Assembly: GCA_040954595.2 (NCBI GenBank)
Contig: CM082595.2
Coordinates: forward strand, 6,560,093-6,624,092
Origin: Balanoglossus misakiensis
Lineage: Eukaryota; Animalia; Hemichordata
DNA length: 64,000 nt
Direction of reading: 5' to 3'
Of this stretch, positions 50,001-64,000 are shown piece after piece; within the stretch, counting starts at the first letter, position 1; every line of letters begins with the position of its first letter. The translations under genes were made by a program, and so were the position numbers. A model generated the notes under the pieces. The model was not told where the DNA came from. It worked only from the letters and a program-made list of their open reading frames with translations, and made no database searches.

Positions 50001-53000
50001 AAAATTCGCAAAGTCGAAAAATCGTCGATTTTGGATGATTTTCATGGGCTATAACCCATGGTTTTTATCAAAAAATGACCAAATTTTCAAAATTCGCAAA
50101 GTCGAAAAATCGTCGATTTTGGATGATTTTCATGGGCTATAACCCATGGTTTTTATCAAAAAATGACCAAATTTTCAAAATTCGCAAAGTCGCAAAATCG
50201 TCGATTTTGGATGATTTTCATGGTCTATAACCCATGTTTTTTTTATCAAAAAATGACCAAATTTTCAAAATTCGCAAAGTCGAAAAATCGTCGATTTTGG
50301 ATGATTTTCATGGGCTATAACCCATGGTTTTTATCAAAAAATGACCAAATTTTCAAAATTCGCAAAGTCGAAAAATCGTCGATTTTGGATGATTTTCATG
50401 GGCTATAACCCATGGTTTTTATCAAAAAATGACCAAATTTTCAAAATTCGCAAAGTCGCAAAATCGTCGATTTTGGATGATTTTCATGGTCTATAACCCA
50501 TGTTTTTTTTATCAAAAAATGACCAAATTTTCAAAATTCGCAAAGTCGCAAAATCGTCGATTTTGGATGATTTTCATGGGCTATAACCCATGGTTTTTAT
50601 CAAAAAATGACCAAATTTTCGTAATTCGCAAAGTCGAAAAATCGTCGATTTTGGATGATTTTCATGGGCTATAACCCATGGTTTTTATCAAAAAATGACC
50701 AAATTTTCATAATTCGCAAAGTCGCCAAATCGTCGATTTTGGATGATTTTCATGGGCTATAACCCAGGGTTTTTATCAAAAAATGACCAAATTTTCAAAA
50801 TTCGCAAAGTCGAAAAATCGTCGATTTTGGATGATTTTCATGGGCTATAACCCATGGTTTTTATCAAAAAATGACCAAATTTTCAAAATTCGCAAAGTCG
50901 AAAAATCGTCGATTTTGGATGATTTTCATGGGCTATAACCCATGGTTTTTATCAAAAAATGACCAAATTTTCAAAATTCGCAAAGTCGCAAAATCGTCGA
51001 TTTTGGATGATTTTCATGGGCTATAACCCATGGTTTTTATCAAAAAATGACAAAATTTTCATAATTCGCAAAGTCGCAAAATCGTCGATTTTGGATGATT
51101 TTCATGGGCTATAACCCATGGTTTTTATCAAAAAATGACCAAGTTTTCAAAATTCGCAAAGTCGAAAAATCGACGATTTTGGATGATTTTCATGGGCTAT
51201 AACCCAGGGTTTTTATCAAAAAATGACCAAGTTTTCAAAATTCGCAAAGTCGAAAAATCGACGATTTTGGATGATTTTCATGGGCTATAACCCAGGGTTT
51301 TTATCAAAAAATGACCAAATTTTCATAACTCGCAAAGTCGAAAAATCGACGATTTTGGATGATTTTCATGGGCTATAACCCATGGTTTTTATCAAAAAAT
51401 GACCAAATTTTCAAAATTCGCAAAGTCGAAAAATCGTCGATTTTGGATGATTTTCATGGGCTATAACCCATGGTTTTTATCAAAAAATGACCAAGTTTTC
51501 AAAATTCGCAAAGTCGAAAAATCGACGATTTTGGATGATTTTCATGGGCTATAACCCAGGGTTTTTATCAAAAAATGACCAAATTTTCATAACTCGCAAA
51601 GTCGAAAAATCGACGATTTTGGATGATTTTCATGGGCTATAACCCATGGTTTTTATCAAAAAATGACCAAATTTTCAAAATTCGCAAAGTCGAAAAATCG
51701 TCGATTTTGGATGATTTTCATGGGCTATAACCCATGGTTTTTATCAAAAAATGACCAAATTTTCAAAATTCGCAAAGTCGAAAAATCGTCGATTTTGGAT
51801 GATTTTCATGGGCTATAACCCATGGTTTTTATCAAAAAATGACCAAATTTTCAAAATTCGCAAAGTCGAAAAATCGTCGATTTTGGATGATTTTCATGGG
51901 CTATAACCCATGGTTTTTATCAAAAAATGACCAAATTTTCATAATTCGCAAAGTCGAAAAATCCACAATTTTGGATGATTTTCATGGGCTATAACCCATG
52001 GTTTTTATCAAAAAATGACCAAATTTTCATAATTCGCAAAGTCGAAAAATCGTCGATTTTGGATGATTTTCATGGGCTATAACCCATGGTTTTTATCAAA
52101 AAATGACCAAATTTTCAAAATTCGCAAAGTCGAAAAATCGTCGATTTTGGATGATTTTCATGGGCTATAACCCATGGCTTTTATCAAAAAATGACCAAAT
52201 TTTCATAATTCGCAAAGTCGAAAAATCGTCGATTTTGGATGATTTTCATGGGCTATAACCCATGGTTTTTATCAAAAAATGACCAAATTTTCAAAATTCG
52301 CAAAGTCGAAAAATCGTCGATTTTGGATGATTTTCATGGGCTATAACCCATGGTTTTTATCAAAAAATGACCAAATTTTCATAATTCGCAAAGTCGAAAA
52401 ATCCACAATTTTGGATGATTTTCATGGGCTATAACCCATGGTTTTTATCAAAAAATGACCAAATTTTCATAATTCGCAAAGTCGAAAAATCGTCGATTTT
52501 GGATGATTTTCATGGGCTATAACCCATGGTTTTTATCAAAAAATGACCAAATTTTCAAAATTCGCAAAGTCGAAAAATCGTCGATTTTGGATGATTTTCA
52601 TGGGCTATAACCCATGGTTTTTATCAAAAAATGACCAAATTTTCAAAATTCGCAAAGTCGAAAAATCGTCGATTTTGGATGATTTTCATGGGCTATAACC
52701 CATGGTTTTTATCAAAAAATGACCAAATTTTCAAAATTCGCAAAGTCGCAAAATCGTCGATTTTGGATGATTTTCATGGTCTATAACCCATGTTTTTTTT
52801 ATCAAAAAATGACCAAATTTTCAAAATTCGCAAAGTCGAAAAATCGTCGATTTTGGATGATTTTCATGGGCTATAACCCATGGTTTTTATCAAAAAATGA
52901 CCAAATTTTCGTAATTCGCAAAGTCGAAAAATCGTCGATTTTGGATGATTTTCATGGGCTATAACCCATGGTTTTTATCAAAAAATGACCAAATTTTCAA

Positions 53001-56000
53001 AATTCGCAAAGTCACCAAATCGTCGATTTTGGATGATTTTCATGGGCTATAACCCATGGTTTTTATCAAAAAATGACCAAATTTTCAAAATTCGCAAAGT
53101 CGAAAAATCGTCGATTTTGGATGATTTTCATGGGCTATAACCCATGGTTTTTATCAAAAAATGACCAAATTTTCAAAATTCGCAAAGTCGAAAAATCGTC
53201 GATTTTGGATGATTTTCATGGTCTATAACCCATGTTTTTTTATCAAAAAATGACCAAGTTTTCAAAATTCGCAAAGTCGAAAAATCGACGATTTTGGATG
53301 ATTTCCATGGGCTATAACCCAGGGTTTTTATCAAAAAATGACCAAATTTTCATAACTCGCAAAGTCGAAAAATCGACGATTTTGGATGATTTTCATGGGC
53401 TATAACCCATGGTTTTTATCAAAAAATGACAAAATTTTCAAAATTCGCAAAGTCGAAAAATCGTCGATTTTGGATGATTTTCATGGGCTATAACCCATGG
53501 TTTTTATCAAAAAATGACCAAATTTTCAAAATTCGCAAAGTCGAAAAATCGTCGATTTTGGATGATTTTCATGGGCTATAACCCATGGTTTTTATCAAAA
53601 AATGACCAAATTTTCAAAATTCGCAAAGTCGAAAAATCGTCGATTTTGGATGATTTTCATGGGCTATAACCCATGGTTTTTATCAAAAAATGACCAAATT
53701 TTCATAATTCGCAAAGTCGAAAAATCCACAATTTTGGATGATTTTCATGGGCTATAACCCATGGTTTTTATCAAAAAATGACCAAATTTTCATAATTCGC
53801 AAAGTCGAAAAATCGTCGATTTTGGATGATTTTCATGGGCTATAACCCATGGTTTTTATCAAAAAATGACCAAATTTTCAAAATTCGCAAAGTCGAAAAA
53901 TCGTCGATTTTGGATGATTTTCATGGGCTATAACCCATGGTTTTTATCAAAAAATGACCAAATTTTCAAAATTCGCAAAGTCGAAAAATCGTCGATTTTG
54001 GATGATTTTCATGGGCTATAACCCATGGTTTTTATCAAAAAATGACCAAATTTTCAAAATTCGCAAAGTCGAAAAATCGTCGATTTTGGATGATTTTCAT
54101 GGTCTATAACCCATGTTTTTTTATCAAAAAATGACCAAGTTTTCAAAATTCGCAAAGTCGAAAAATCGACGATTTTGGATGATTTTCATGGGCTATAACC
54201 CAGGGTTTTTATCAAAAAATGACCAAATTTTCATAACTCGCAAAGTCGAAAAATCGACGATTTTGGATGATTTTCATGGGCTATAACCCATGGTTTTTAT
54301 CAAAAAATGACAAAATTTTCAAAATTCGCAAAGTCGAAAAATCGTCGATTTTGGATGATTTTCATGGGCTATAACCCATGGTTTTTATCAAAAAATGACC
54401 AAATTTTCAAAATTCGCAAAGTCGAAAAATCGTCGATTTTGGATGATTTTCATGGGCTATAACCCATGGTTTTTATCAAAAAATGACCAAATTTTCAAAA
54501 TTCGCAAAGTCGAAAAATCGTCGATTTTGGATGATTTTCATGGGCTATAACCCATGGTTTTTATCAAAAAATGACCAAATTTTCATAATTCGCAAAGTCG
54601 AAAAATCCACAATTTTGGATGATTTTCATGGGCTATAACCCATGGTTTTTATCAAAAAATGACCAAATTTTCATAATTCGCAAAGTCGAAAAATCGTCGA
54701 TTTTGGATGATTTTCATGGGCTATAACCCATGGTTTTTATCAAAAAATGACCCAAATTTTCAAAATTCGCAAAGTCGAAAAATCGTCGATTTTGGATGAT
54801 TTTCATGGGCTATAACCCATGGTTTTATCAAAAAATGACCAAATTTTCAAAATTCGCAAAGTCGAAAAATCGTCGATTTTGGATGATTTTCATGGGCTAT
54901 AACCATGGTTTTTATCAAAAATGACCAAATTTTCAAAATTCGCAAAGTCGCAAAATCGTCGATTTTGGATGATTTTCATGGTCTATAACCCATGTTTTTT
55001 TTATCAAAAAATGACCAAATTTTAAAAATTCGCAAAGTCGCAAAATCGTCGATTTTGGATGATTTTCATGGGCTATAACCCATGGTTTTTATCAAAAAAT
55101 GACCAAATTTTCGTAATTCGCAAAGTCGAAAAATCGTCGATTTTGGATGATTTTCATGGGCTATAACCCATGGTTTTTATCAAAAAATGACCAAGTTTTC
55201 AAAATTCGCAAAGTCACCAAATCGTCGATTTTGGATGATTTTCATGGGCTATAACCCATGGTTTTTATCAAAAAATGACCAAATTTTCAAAATTCGCAAA
55301 GTCGAAAAATCGTCGATTTTGGATGATTTTCATGGGCTATAACCCATGGTTTTTATCAAAAAATGACCAAATTTTCATAATTCGCAAAGTCGCCAAATCG
55401 TCGATTTTGGATGATTTTCATGGGCTATAACCCATGGTTTTTATCAAAAAATGACCAAGTTTTCAAAATTCGCAAAGTCACCAAATCGTCGATTTTGGAT
55501 GATTTTCATGGGCTATAACCCATGGTTTTTATCAAAAAATGACCAAATTTTCAAAATTCGCAAAGTCGAAAAATCGTCGATTTTGGATGATTTTCATGGG
55601 CTATAACCCATGGTTTTTATCAAAAAATGACCAAATTTTCATAATTCGCAAAGTCGAAAAATCGTCGATTTTGGATGATTTTCATGGGCTATAACCCATA
55701 GTTTTTATCAAAAAATGACCAAATTTTCAAAATTCGCAAAGTCGAAAAATCGTCGATTTTGGATGATTTTCATGGGCTATAACCCACGGTTTTTATCAAA
55801 AAATGACCTAATTTTCAAAATTCGCAAAGTCGAAAAATCGTCGATTTTGGATGATTTTCATGGTCTATAACCCACGGTTTTTATCAAAAATGACCTAATT
55901 TTCAAAATTCGCAAAGTCGCAAAATCGTCGATCTTGGATGATTTTCATGGGCTATAACCCACGGTTTTTATCAAAAAATGACCAAATTTTCAAAATTCGC

Positions 56001-59000
56001 AAAGTCGCAAAATCGTCGATTTTGGATGATTTTCCATGGGCTATAACCCACGGTTTTCATCAAAAAATGACCAAATTTTCATAATTCGCAAAGTCGCAAA
56101 ATCGTCGATTTTGGATGATTTTCATGGGCTATAACCCATGGTTTTTATCAAAAAATGACCAAGTTTTCAAAATTCGCAAAGTCGAAAAATCGACGATTTT
56201 GGATGATTTTCATGGGCTATAACCCATGGTTTTTATCAAAAAATGACCAAGTTTTCGAAATTCGCAAAGTCGAAAAATCGACGATTTTGGATGATTTTCA
56301 TGGGCTATAACCCAGGGTTTTTATCAAAAAATGACCAAGTTTTCAAAATCGCAAAGTCGAAAAATCGACGATTTTGGATGATTTTCATGGGCTATAACCC
56401 AGGGTTTTTATCAAAAAATGACCAAATTTTCATAACTCGCAAAGTCGAAAAATCGACGATTTTGGATGATTTTCATGGGCTATAACCCATGGTTTTATCA
56501 AAAAATGACCAAATTTTCAAAACTCGCAAAGTCGAAAAAATCGTCGATTTTGGATGATTTTCATGGGCTATAACCCATGGTTTTTATCAAAAAATGACCA
56601 AATTTTCATAATTCGCAAAGTCGAAAAATCGTCGATTTTGGATGATTTTCATGGGCTATAACCCATGGTTTTTATCAAAAAAATGACAAAATTTTCATAA
56701 ATCGCAAAGTCGAAAAATCGTCGATTTTGGATGATTTTCATGGGCTATAACCCATGGTTTTTATCAAAAAATGACCAAAATTTCAAAATCGCAAAGTCGA
56801 AAAATCGTCGATTTTGGATGATTTTCATGGGCTATAACCCATGGTTTTTATCAAAAAATGACCAAATTTTCAAAATTCGCAAAGTCGAAAAATCGTCGAT
56901 TTGGATGATTTTCATGGGCTATAACCCATGGTTTTTATCAAAAAATGACCAAATTTTCATAATTCGCAAAGTCGAAAAATCGTCGATTTTGGATGATTTT
57001 CATGGGCTATAACCCATGGTTTTTATCAAAAAATGACCAAATTTTCATAATTCGCAAAGTCGAAAAATCGTCGATTTTGGATGATTTTCATGGGCTATAA
57101 CCCATGGTTTTTATCAAAAAATGACCAAATTTTCATAATTCGCAAAGTCGAAAAATCGTCGATTTTGGATGATTTTCATGGGCTATAACCCATGGTTTTT
57201 ATCAAAAAATGACCAAATTTTCAAAATTCGCAAAGTCGAAAAATCGACGATTTTGGATGATTTTCATGGGCTATAACCCATGGTTTTTATCAAAAAATGA
57301 CCAAATTTTCATAATTCGCAAAGTCGAAAAATCGACGATTTTTGATGATTTTCATGGGCTATAACCCATGGTTTTTTATCAAAAAATGACCAAATTTTCA
57401 TAATTCGCAAAGTCGAAAAATCGTCGATTTTGGATGATTTTCATGGGCTATAACCCATGGTTTTTATCAAAAAATGACCAAATTTTCATAATTCGCAAAG
57501 TCGAAAATCGACGATTTTGGATGATTTTCATGGGCTATAACCCATGGTTTTTATCAAAAAATGACCAAATTTTCATAATTCGCAAAGTCGAAAAATCGAC
57601 GATTTGATGATTTTCATGGGCTATAACCAATGGTTTTTATCAAAAAATGACCAAATTTTCAAAATTCGCAAAGTCGAAAAATCGTCGATTTTGGATGATT
57701 TTCATGGGCTATAACCCATGGTTTTTATCAAAAAATGACCAAATTTTCATAATTCGCAAAGTCGAAAAATCGTCGATTTTGGATGATTTTCATGGGCTAT
57801 AACCCATGGTTTTTATCAAAAAATGACCAAATTTTCATAAATCGCAAAGTCGAAAAATCGTCGATTTTGGATGATTTTCATGGGCTATAACCCATGGTTT
57901 TTATCAAAAAATGACCAAATTTTCAAAATTCGCAAAGTCGAAAAATCGTCGATTTTGGATGATTTTCATGGGCTATAACCCATGGTTTTTATCAAAAAAT
58001 GACCAAATTTTCAAAATTCGCAAAGTCGAAAAATCGTCGATTTTGGGTGATTTTCATGGGCTATAACCCATGGTTTTTATCAAAAAATGACCAAATTTTC
58101 AAAATTCGCAAAGTCGAAAAATCGTCGATTTTTGATGATTTTCATGGGCTATAACCCATGGTTTTTATCAAAAAATGACCAAATTTTCATAATTCGCAAA
58201 GTCGAAAAATCGTCGATTTTGGATGATTTTCATGGGCTATAACCCATGGTTTTTATCAAAAAATGACCAAATTTTCAAAATTCGCAAAGTCGAAAAATCG
58301 ACGATTTTGGATGATTTTCATGGGCTATAACCCATGGTTTTTATCAAAAAATGACCAAATTTTCATAATTCGCAAAGTCGAAAAATCGACGATTTTTGAT
58401 GATTTTCATGGGCTATAACCCATGGTTTTTATCAAAAAATGACCAAATTTTCATAATTCGCAAAGTCGAAAAATCGTCGATTTTGGATGATTTTCATGGG
58501 CTATAACCCATGGTTTTTATCAAAAAATGACCAAATTTTCAAAATTCGCAAAGTCGAAAAATCGTCGATTTTGGATGATTTTCATGGGCTATAACCCATG
58601 GTTTTTATCAAAAAATGACCAAATTTTCATAATTCGCAAAGTCGAAAAATCGTCGATTTTGGATGATTTTCATGGGCTATAACCCATGGTTTTTATCAAA
58701 AAATGACCAAATTTTCATAATTCGCAAAGTCGAAAAATCGTCGATTTTGGATGATATTCATGGGCTATAACCCATGGTTTTTATCAAAAAATGACCAAAT
58801 TTTCATAATTCGCAAAGTCGAAAAATCGTCGATTTTGGATGATTTTCATGGGCTATAACCCATGGTTTTTATCAAAAAATGACCAAATTTTCAAAATTCG
58901 CAAGTCGAAAAATCGTCGATTTTGGATGATTTTCATGAGCTATAAACCCATGGTTTTTATCAAAAATGACCAAATTTTCAAAATTCGCAAGTCGAAAAAT

Positions 59001-62000
59001 CGTCGATTTTGGATGATTTTCATGAGCTATAACCCATGGTTTTTATCAAAAAATGACCAAATTTTCAAAATTGGTAAAGTCGAAAAATCATCGATTTTGG
59101 ATGATTTTCATGGTCTATAACCCATGGTTTTTATCAAAAAATGACCAAATTTTCAAAATTCGCAAAGTCGAAAAATCGTCGATTTTGGATGATTTTCATG
59201 GGCTATAACCCATGGTTTTTATCAAAAAATGACCAAATTTTCAAAATTCGCAAAGTCGAAAAATCGTCGATTTTGGATGATTTTCATGGGCTATAACCCA
59301 TGGTTTTTATCAAAAAATGACCAAATTTTCAATAATTCGCAAAGTCGAAAAATCGTCGATTTTGGATGATTTTCATGGGCTATAACCCATGGTTTTTATC
59401 AAAAAATGACCAAATTTTCAAAATTCGCAAAGTCGAAAAATCGTCGATTTTGGATGATTTTCATGGGCTATAACCCATGGTTTTTATCAAAAAATGACCA
59501 AATTTTCATAATTCGTAAAGTCGAAAAATCCACAATTTTGGATGATTTTCATGGGCTATAACCCATGGTTTTTATCAAAAAATGACCAATTTTCATAATT
59601 CGCAAAGTCGAAAAATCGTCGATTTTGGGATGATTTTCATGGGCTATAACCCATGGTTTTTATCAAAAAATGACCAAATTTTCAAAATTCGCAAAGTCGA
59701 AAAATCGTCGATTTTGGATGATTTTCATGGGCTATAACCCATGGTTTTTATCAAAAAATGACCAAATTTTCAAAATTCGCAAAGTCGAAAAATCGTCGAT
59801 TTTGGATGATTTTCATGGGCTATAACCCATGGTTTTTATCAAAAAATGACCAAATTTTCAAAATTCGCAAAGTCGCAAAATCGTCGATTTTGGATGATTT
59901 TCATGGTCTATAACCCATGTTTTTTTTATCAAAAAATGACCAAATTTTAAAATTCGCAAAGTCGCAAAATCGTCGATTTTGGATGATTTTACATGGGCTA
60001 TAACCCATGGTTTTTATCAAAAAATGACCAAATTTTCGTAATTCGCAAAGTCGAAAAATCGTCGATTTTGGATGATTTTCATGGGCTATAACCCATGGTT
60101 TTTATCAAAAAATGACCAAGTTTTCAAAATTCGCAAAGTCACCAAATCGTCGATTTTGGATGATTTTCATGGGCTATAACCCATGGTTTTTATCAAAAAA
60201 TGACCAAATTTTCAAAATTCGCAAAGTCGAAAAATCGTCGATTTTGGATGATTTTCATGGGCTATAACCCATGGTTTTTATCAAAAAATGACCAAATTTT
60301 CATAATTCGCAAAGTCGCCAAATCGTCGATTTTGGATGATTTTCATGGGCTATAACCCATGGTTTTTATCAAAAAATGACCAAGTTTTCAAAATTCGCAA
60401 AGTCACCAAATCGTCGATTTTGGATGATTTTCATGGGCTATAACCCATGGTTTTTATCAAAAAATGACCAAATTTTCAAAATTCGCAAAGTCGAAAAATC
60501 GTCGATTTTGGATGATTTTCATGGGCTATAACCCATGGTTTTTATCAAAAAATGACCAAATTTTCATAATTCGCAAAGTCGAAAAATCGTCGATTTTGGA
60601 TGATTTTCATGGGCTATAACCCATAGTTTTTATCAAAAAATGACCAAATTTTCAAAATTCGCAAAGTCGAAAATCGTCGATTTGGATGATTTTCATGGGC
60701 TATAACCCACGGTTTTTATCAAAAAATGACCTAATTTTCAAAATTCGCAAAGTCGAAAAATCGTCGATTTTGGATGATTTTCATGGTCTATAACCCACGG
60801 TTTTTATCAAAAATGACCTAATTTTCAAAATTCGCAAAGTCGCAAAATCGTCGATCTTGGATGATTTTCATGGGCTATAACCCACGGTTTTTTATCAAAA
60901 AATGACCAAATTTTCAAAATTCGCAAAGTCGCAAAATCGTCGATTTTGGATGATTTTCATGGGCTATAACCCACGGTTTTCATCAAAAAATGACCAAATT
61001 TTCATAATTCGCAAAGTCGCAAAATCGTCGATTTTGGATGATTTTCATGGGCTATAACCCATGGTTTTTATCAAAAAATGACCAAGTTTTCAAAATTCGC
61101 AAAGTCGAAAAATCGACGATTTTGGTGATTTTCATGGGCTATAACCCATGGTTTTTATCAAAAAATGACCAAGTTTTCGAAATTCGCAAAGTCGAAAAAT
61201 CGACGATTTTGGATGATTTTCATGGGCTATAACCCAGGGTTTTTATCAAAAAATGACCAAGTTTTCAAAATTCGCAAAGTCGAAAAATCGACGATTTTGG
61301 ATGATTTTCATGGGCTATAACCCAGGGTTTTTATCAAAAAATGACCAAATTTTCATAACTCGCAAAGTCGAAAAATCGACGATTTTGGATGATTTTCATG
61401 GGCTATAACCCATGGTTTTTATCAAAAAATGACCAAATTTTCAAAACTCGCAAAGTCGAAAAATCGTCGATTTTGGATGATTTTCATGGGCTATAACCCA
61501 TGGTTTTTATCAAAAAATGACCAAATTTTCATAATTCTCAAAGTCGAAAAATCGTCGATTTTGGATGATTTTCATGGGCTATAACCCATGGTTTTTATCA
61601 AAAAATGACCAAGTTTTCAAAATTCGCAAGTCACCAAATCGTCGATTTTGGATGATTTTCATGGGCTATAACCCATGGTTTTTATCAAAAAATGACCAAA
61701 TTTTCAAAATTCGCAAAGTCGAAAATCGTCGATTTTGGATGATTTTCATGGGCTATAACCCATGGTTTTTATCAAAAAATGACCAAATTTTCATAATTCG
61801 CAAAGTCGCCAAATCGTCGATTTTGGATGATTTTCATGGGCTATAACCCATGGTTTTTATCAAAAAATGACCAAGTTTTCAAAATTCGCAAAGTCACCAA
61901 ATCGTCGATTTTGGATGATTTTCATGGGCTATAACCCATGGTTTTTATCAAAAAATGACCAAATTTTCAAAATTCGCAAAGTCGAAAAATCGTCGATTTT

Positions 62001-64000
62001 GGATGATTTTCATGGGCTATAACCCATGGTTTTTATCAAAAAATGACCAAATTTTCATAATTCGCAAAGTCGAAAAATCGTCGATTTTGGATGATTTTCA
62101 TGGGCTATAACCCATAGTTTTTATCAAAAAATGACCAAATTTTCAAAATTCGCAAAGTCGAAAATCGTCGATTTTGGATGATTTTCATGGGCTATAACCC
62201 ACGGTTTTTATCAAAAAATGACCTAATTTTCAAAATTCGCAAAGTCGAAAAATCGTCGATTTTGGATGATTTTCATGGTCTATAACCCACGGTTTTTATC
62301 AAAAATGACCTAATTTTCAAAATTCGCAAAGTCGCAAAATCGTCGATCTTGGATGATTTTCATGGGCTATAACCCACGGTTTTTATCAAAAAATGACCAA
62401 ATTTTCAAAATTCGCAAAGTCGCAAAATCGTCGATTTTGGATGATTTTCATGGGCTATAACCCACGGTTTTCATCAAAAAATGACCAAATTTTCATAATT
62501 CGCAAAGTCGCAAAATCGTCGATTTTGGATGATTTTCATGGGCTATAACCCATGGTTTTTATCAAAAAATGACCAAGTTTTCAAAATTCGCAAAGTCGAA
62601 AAATCGACGATTTTGGATGATTTTCATGGGCTATAACCCATGGTTTTTATCAAAAAATGACCAAGTTTTCGAAATTCGCAAAGTCGAAAATCGACGATTT
62701 TGGATGATTTTCATGGGCTATAACCCCAGGGTTTTTATCAAAAAATGACCAAGTTTTCAAAATTCGCAAAGTCGAAAAATCGACGATTTTGGATGATTTT
62801 CATGGGCTATAACCCAGGGTTTTTATCAAAAAATGACCAAATTTTCATAACTCGCAAAGTCGAAAAATCGACGATTTTGGATGATTTTCATGGGCTATAA
62901 CCCATGGTTTTTATCAAAAAATGACCAAATTTTCAAAACTCGCAAAGTCGAAAAATCGTCGATTTTGGATGATTTTCATGGGCTATAACCCATGGTTTTT
63001 ATCAAAAAATGACCAAATTTTCATAATTCTCAAAGTCGAAAAATCGTCGATTTTGGATGATTTTCATGGGCTATAACCCATGGTTTTTATCAAAAAATGA
63101 CCAAATTTTCAAAATTCGCAAAGTCGAAAAATCGTCGATTTTGGATGATTTTCATGGGCTATAACCCATGGTTTTTATCAAAAAATGACCAAATTTTCAA
63201 AATTCGCAAAGTCGAAAAATCGTCGATTTTGGATGATTTTCATGGGCTATAACCCATGGTTTTTATCAAAAAATGACCAAATTTTCATAATTCGCAAAGT
63301 CGAAAAATCGTCGATTTTGGATGATTTTCATGGGCTATAACCCATGGTTTTTATCAAAAAATGACCAAATTTTCATAATTCGCAAAGTCGAAAAATCGTC
63401 GATTTTGGATGATTTTCATGGGCTATAACCCATGGTTTTTATCAAAAAAATGACCAAATTTTCATAATTCGCAAAGTCGAAAAATCGACGATTTTGGATG
63501 ATTTTCATGGGCTATAACCCATGGTTTTATCAAAAAATGACCAAATTTTCAAAATTCGCAAAGTCGAAAAATCGACGATTTTGGATGATTTTCATGGGCT
63601 ATAACCCATGGTTTTTATCAAAAAATGACCAAATTTTCATAATTCGCAAAGTCGAAAAATCGACGATTTTTGATGATTTTCATGGGCTATAACCCATGGT
63701 TTTTATCAAAAAATGACCAAATTTTCATAATTCGCAAAGTCGAAAAATCGTCGATTTTGGATGATTTTCATGGGCTATAACCCATGGTTTTTATCAAAAA
63801 ATGACCAAATTTTCATAATTCGCAAAGTCGAAAAATCGACGATTTTGGATGATTTTCATGGGCTATAACCATGGTTTTTTATCAAAAAATGACCAAATTT
63901 TCATAATTCGCAAAGTCGAAAAATCGACGATTTTGGATGATTTTCATGGGCTATAACCAATGTTTTTTATCAAAAAATGACCAAATTTTCAAAATTCGCA
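44055..64000. repeat. 88-bp satellite DNA array, ~225 monomers, running off the window end
   Basis: Monomer ATCAAAAAATGACCAAATTTTCAAAATTCGCAAAGTCGAAAAATCGTCGATTTTGGATGATTTTCATGGGCTATAACCCATGGTTTTT (44701 to 44789 = 88 bp); single orientation; 44055-44680 is a diverged variant. Confidence 0.99.

Noticed and set aside
44055-64000. CRISPR array or repeat-protein ORFs (MTKFSKFAK..., MIFMGYNPW...)
   Set aside because: No unique spacers and no cas genes; the 88-bp period is not a multiple of 3, and ORFs arise only where indels skip the TAA.

Overview
AT-rich animal (eukaryotic) genomic DNA, not prokaryotic; the repeat content and protein style suggest a marine invertebrate (inference only). Three zones. 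(1) 1-23.5 kb: mostly non-coding, with a triplicated ~355-bp unit, MITEs, a long (TATG)n microsatellite, decayed coding-like fragments and a candidate alternative first exon. (2) 23,593-35,018 (+): a complete 18-exon gene that I assembled by hand from GT-AG junctions into a 758-aa type II membrane M13 zinc metallopeptidase, endothelin-converting-enzyme-like (VNAYY, HELTH, GENIAD, terminal CEVW). Its introns carry several families of TTAA- and TA-flanked inverted-repeat elements. (3) ~44,055 to the window end: a ~20-kb array of an 88-bp satellite with a diverged edge layer, many short dyad symmetries and nested multi-monomer duplications. Most interesting observations: a roughly 15-fold excess of the palindrome TACATGTA (and an excess of TACCGGTA) that looks like a transposon-excision footprint record; foldback MITEs bracketing a frame-symmetric exon; the satellite architecture; and a possible decayed SF3-helicase (parvovirus-like) remnant near 9 kb. 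I could not establish a wholly new biological system from sequence alone. All counts and alignments were done by eye.
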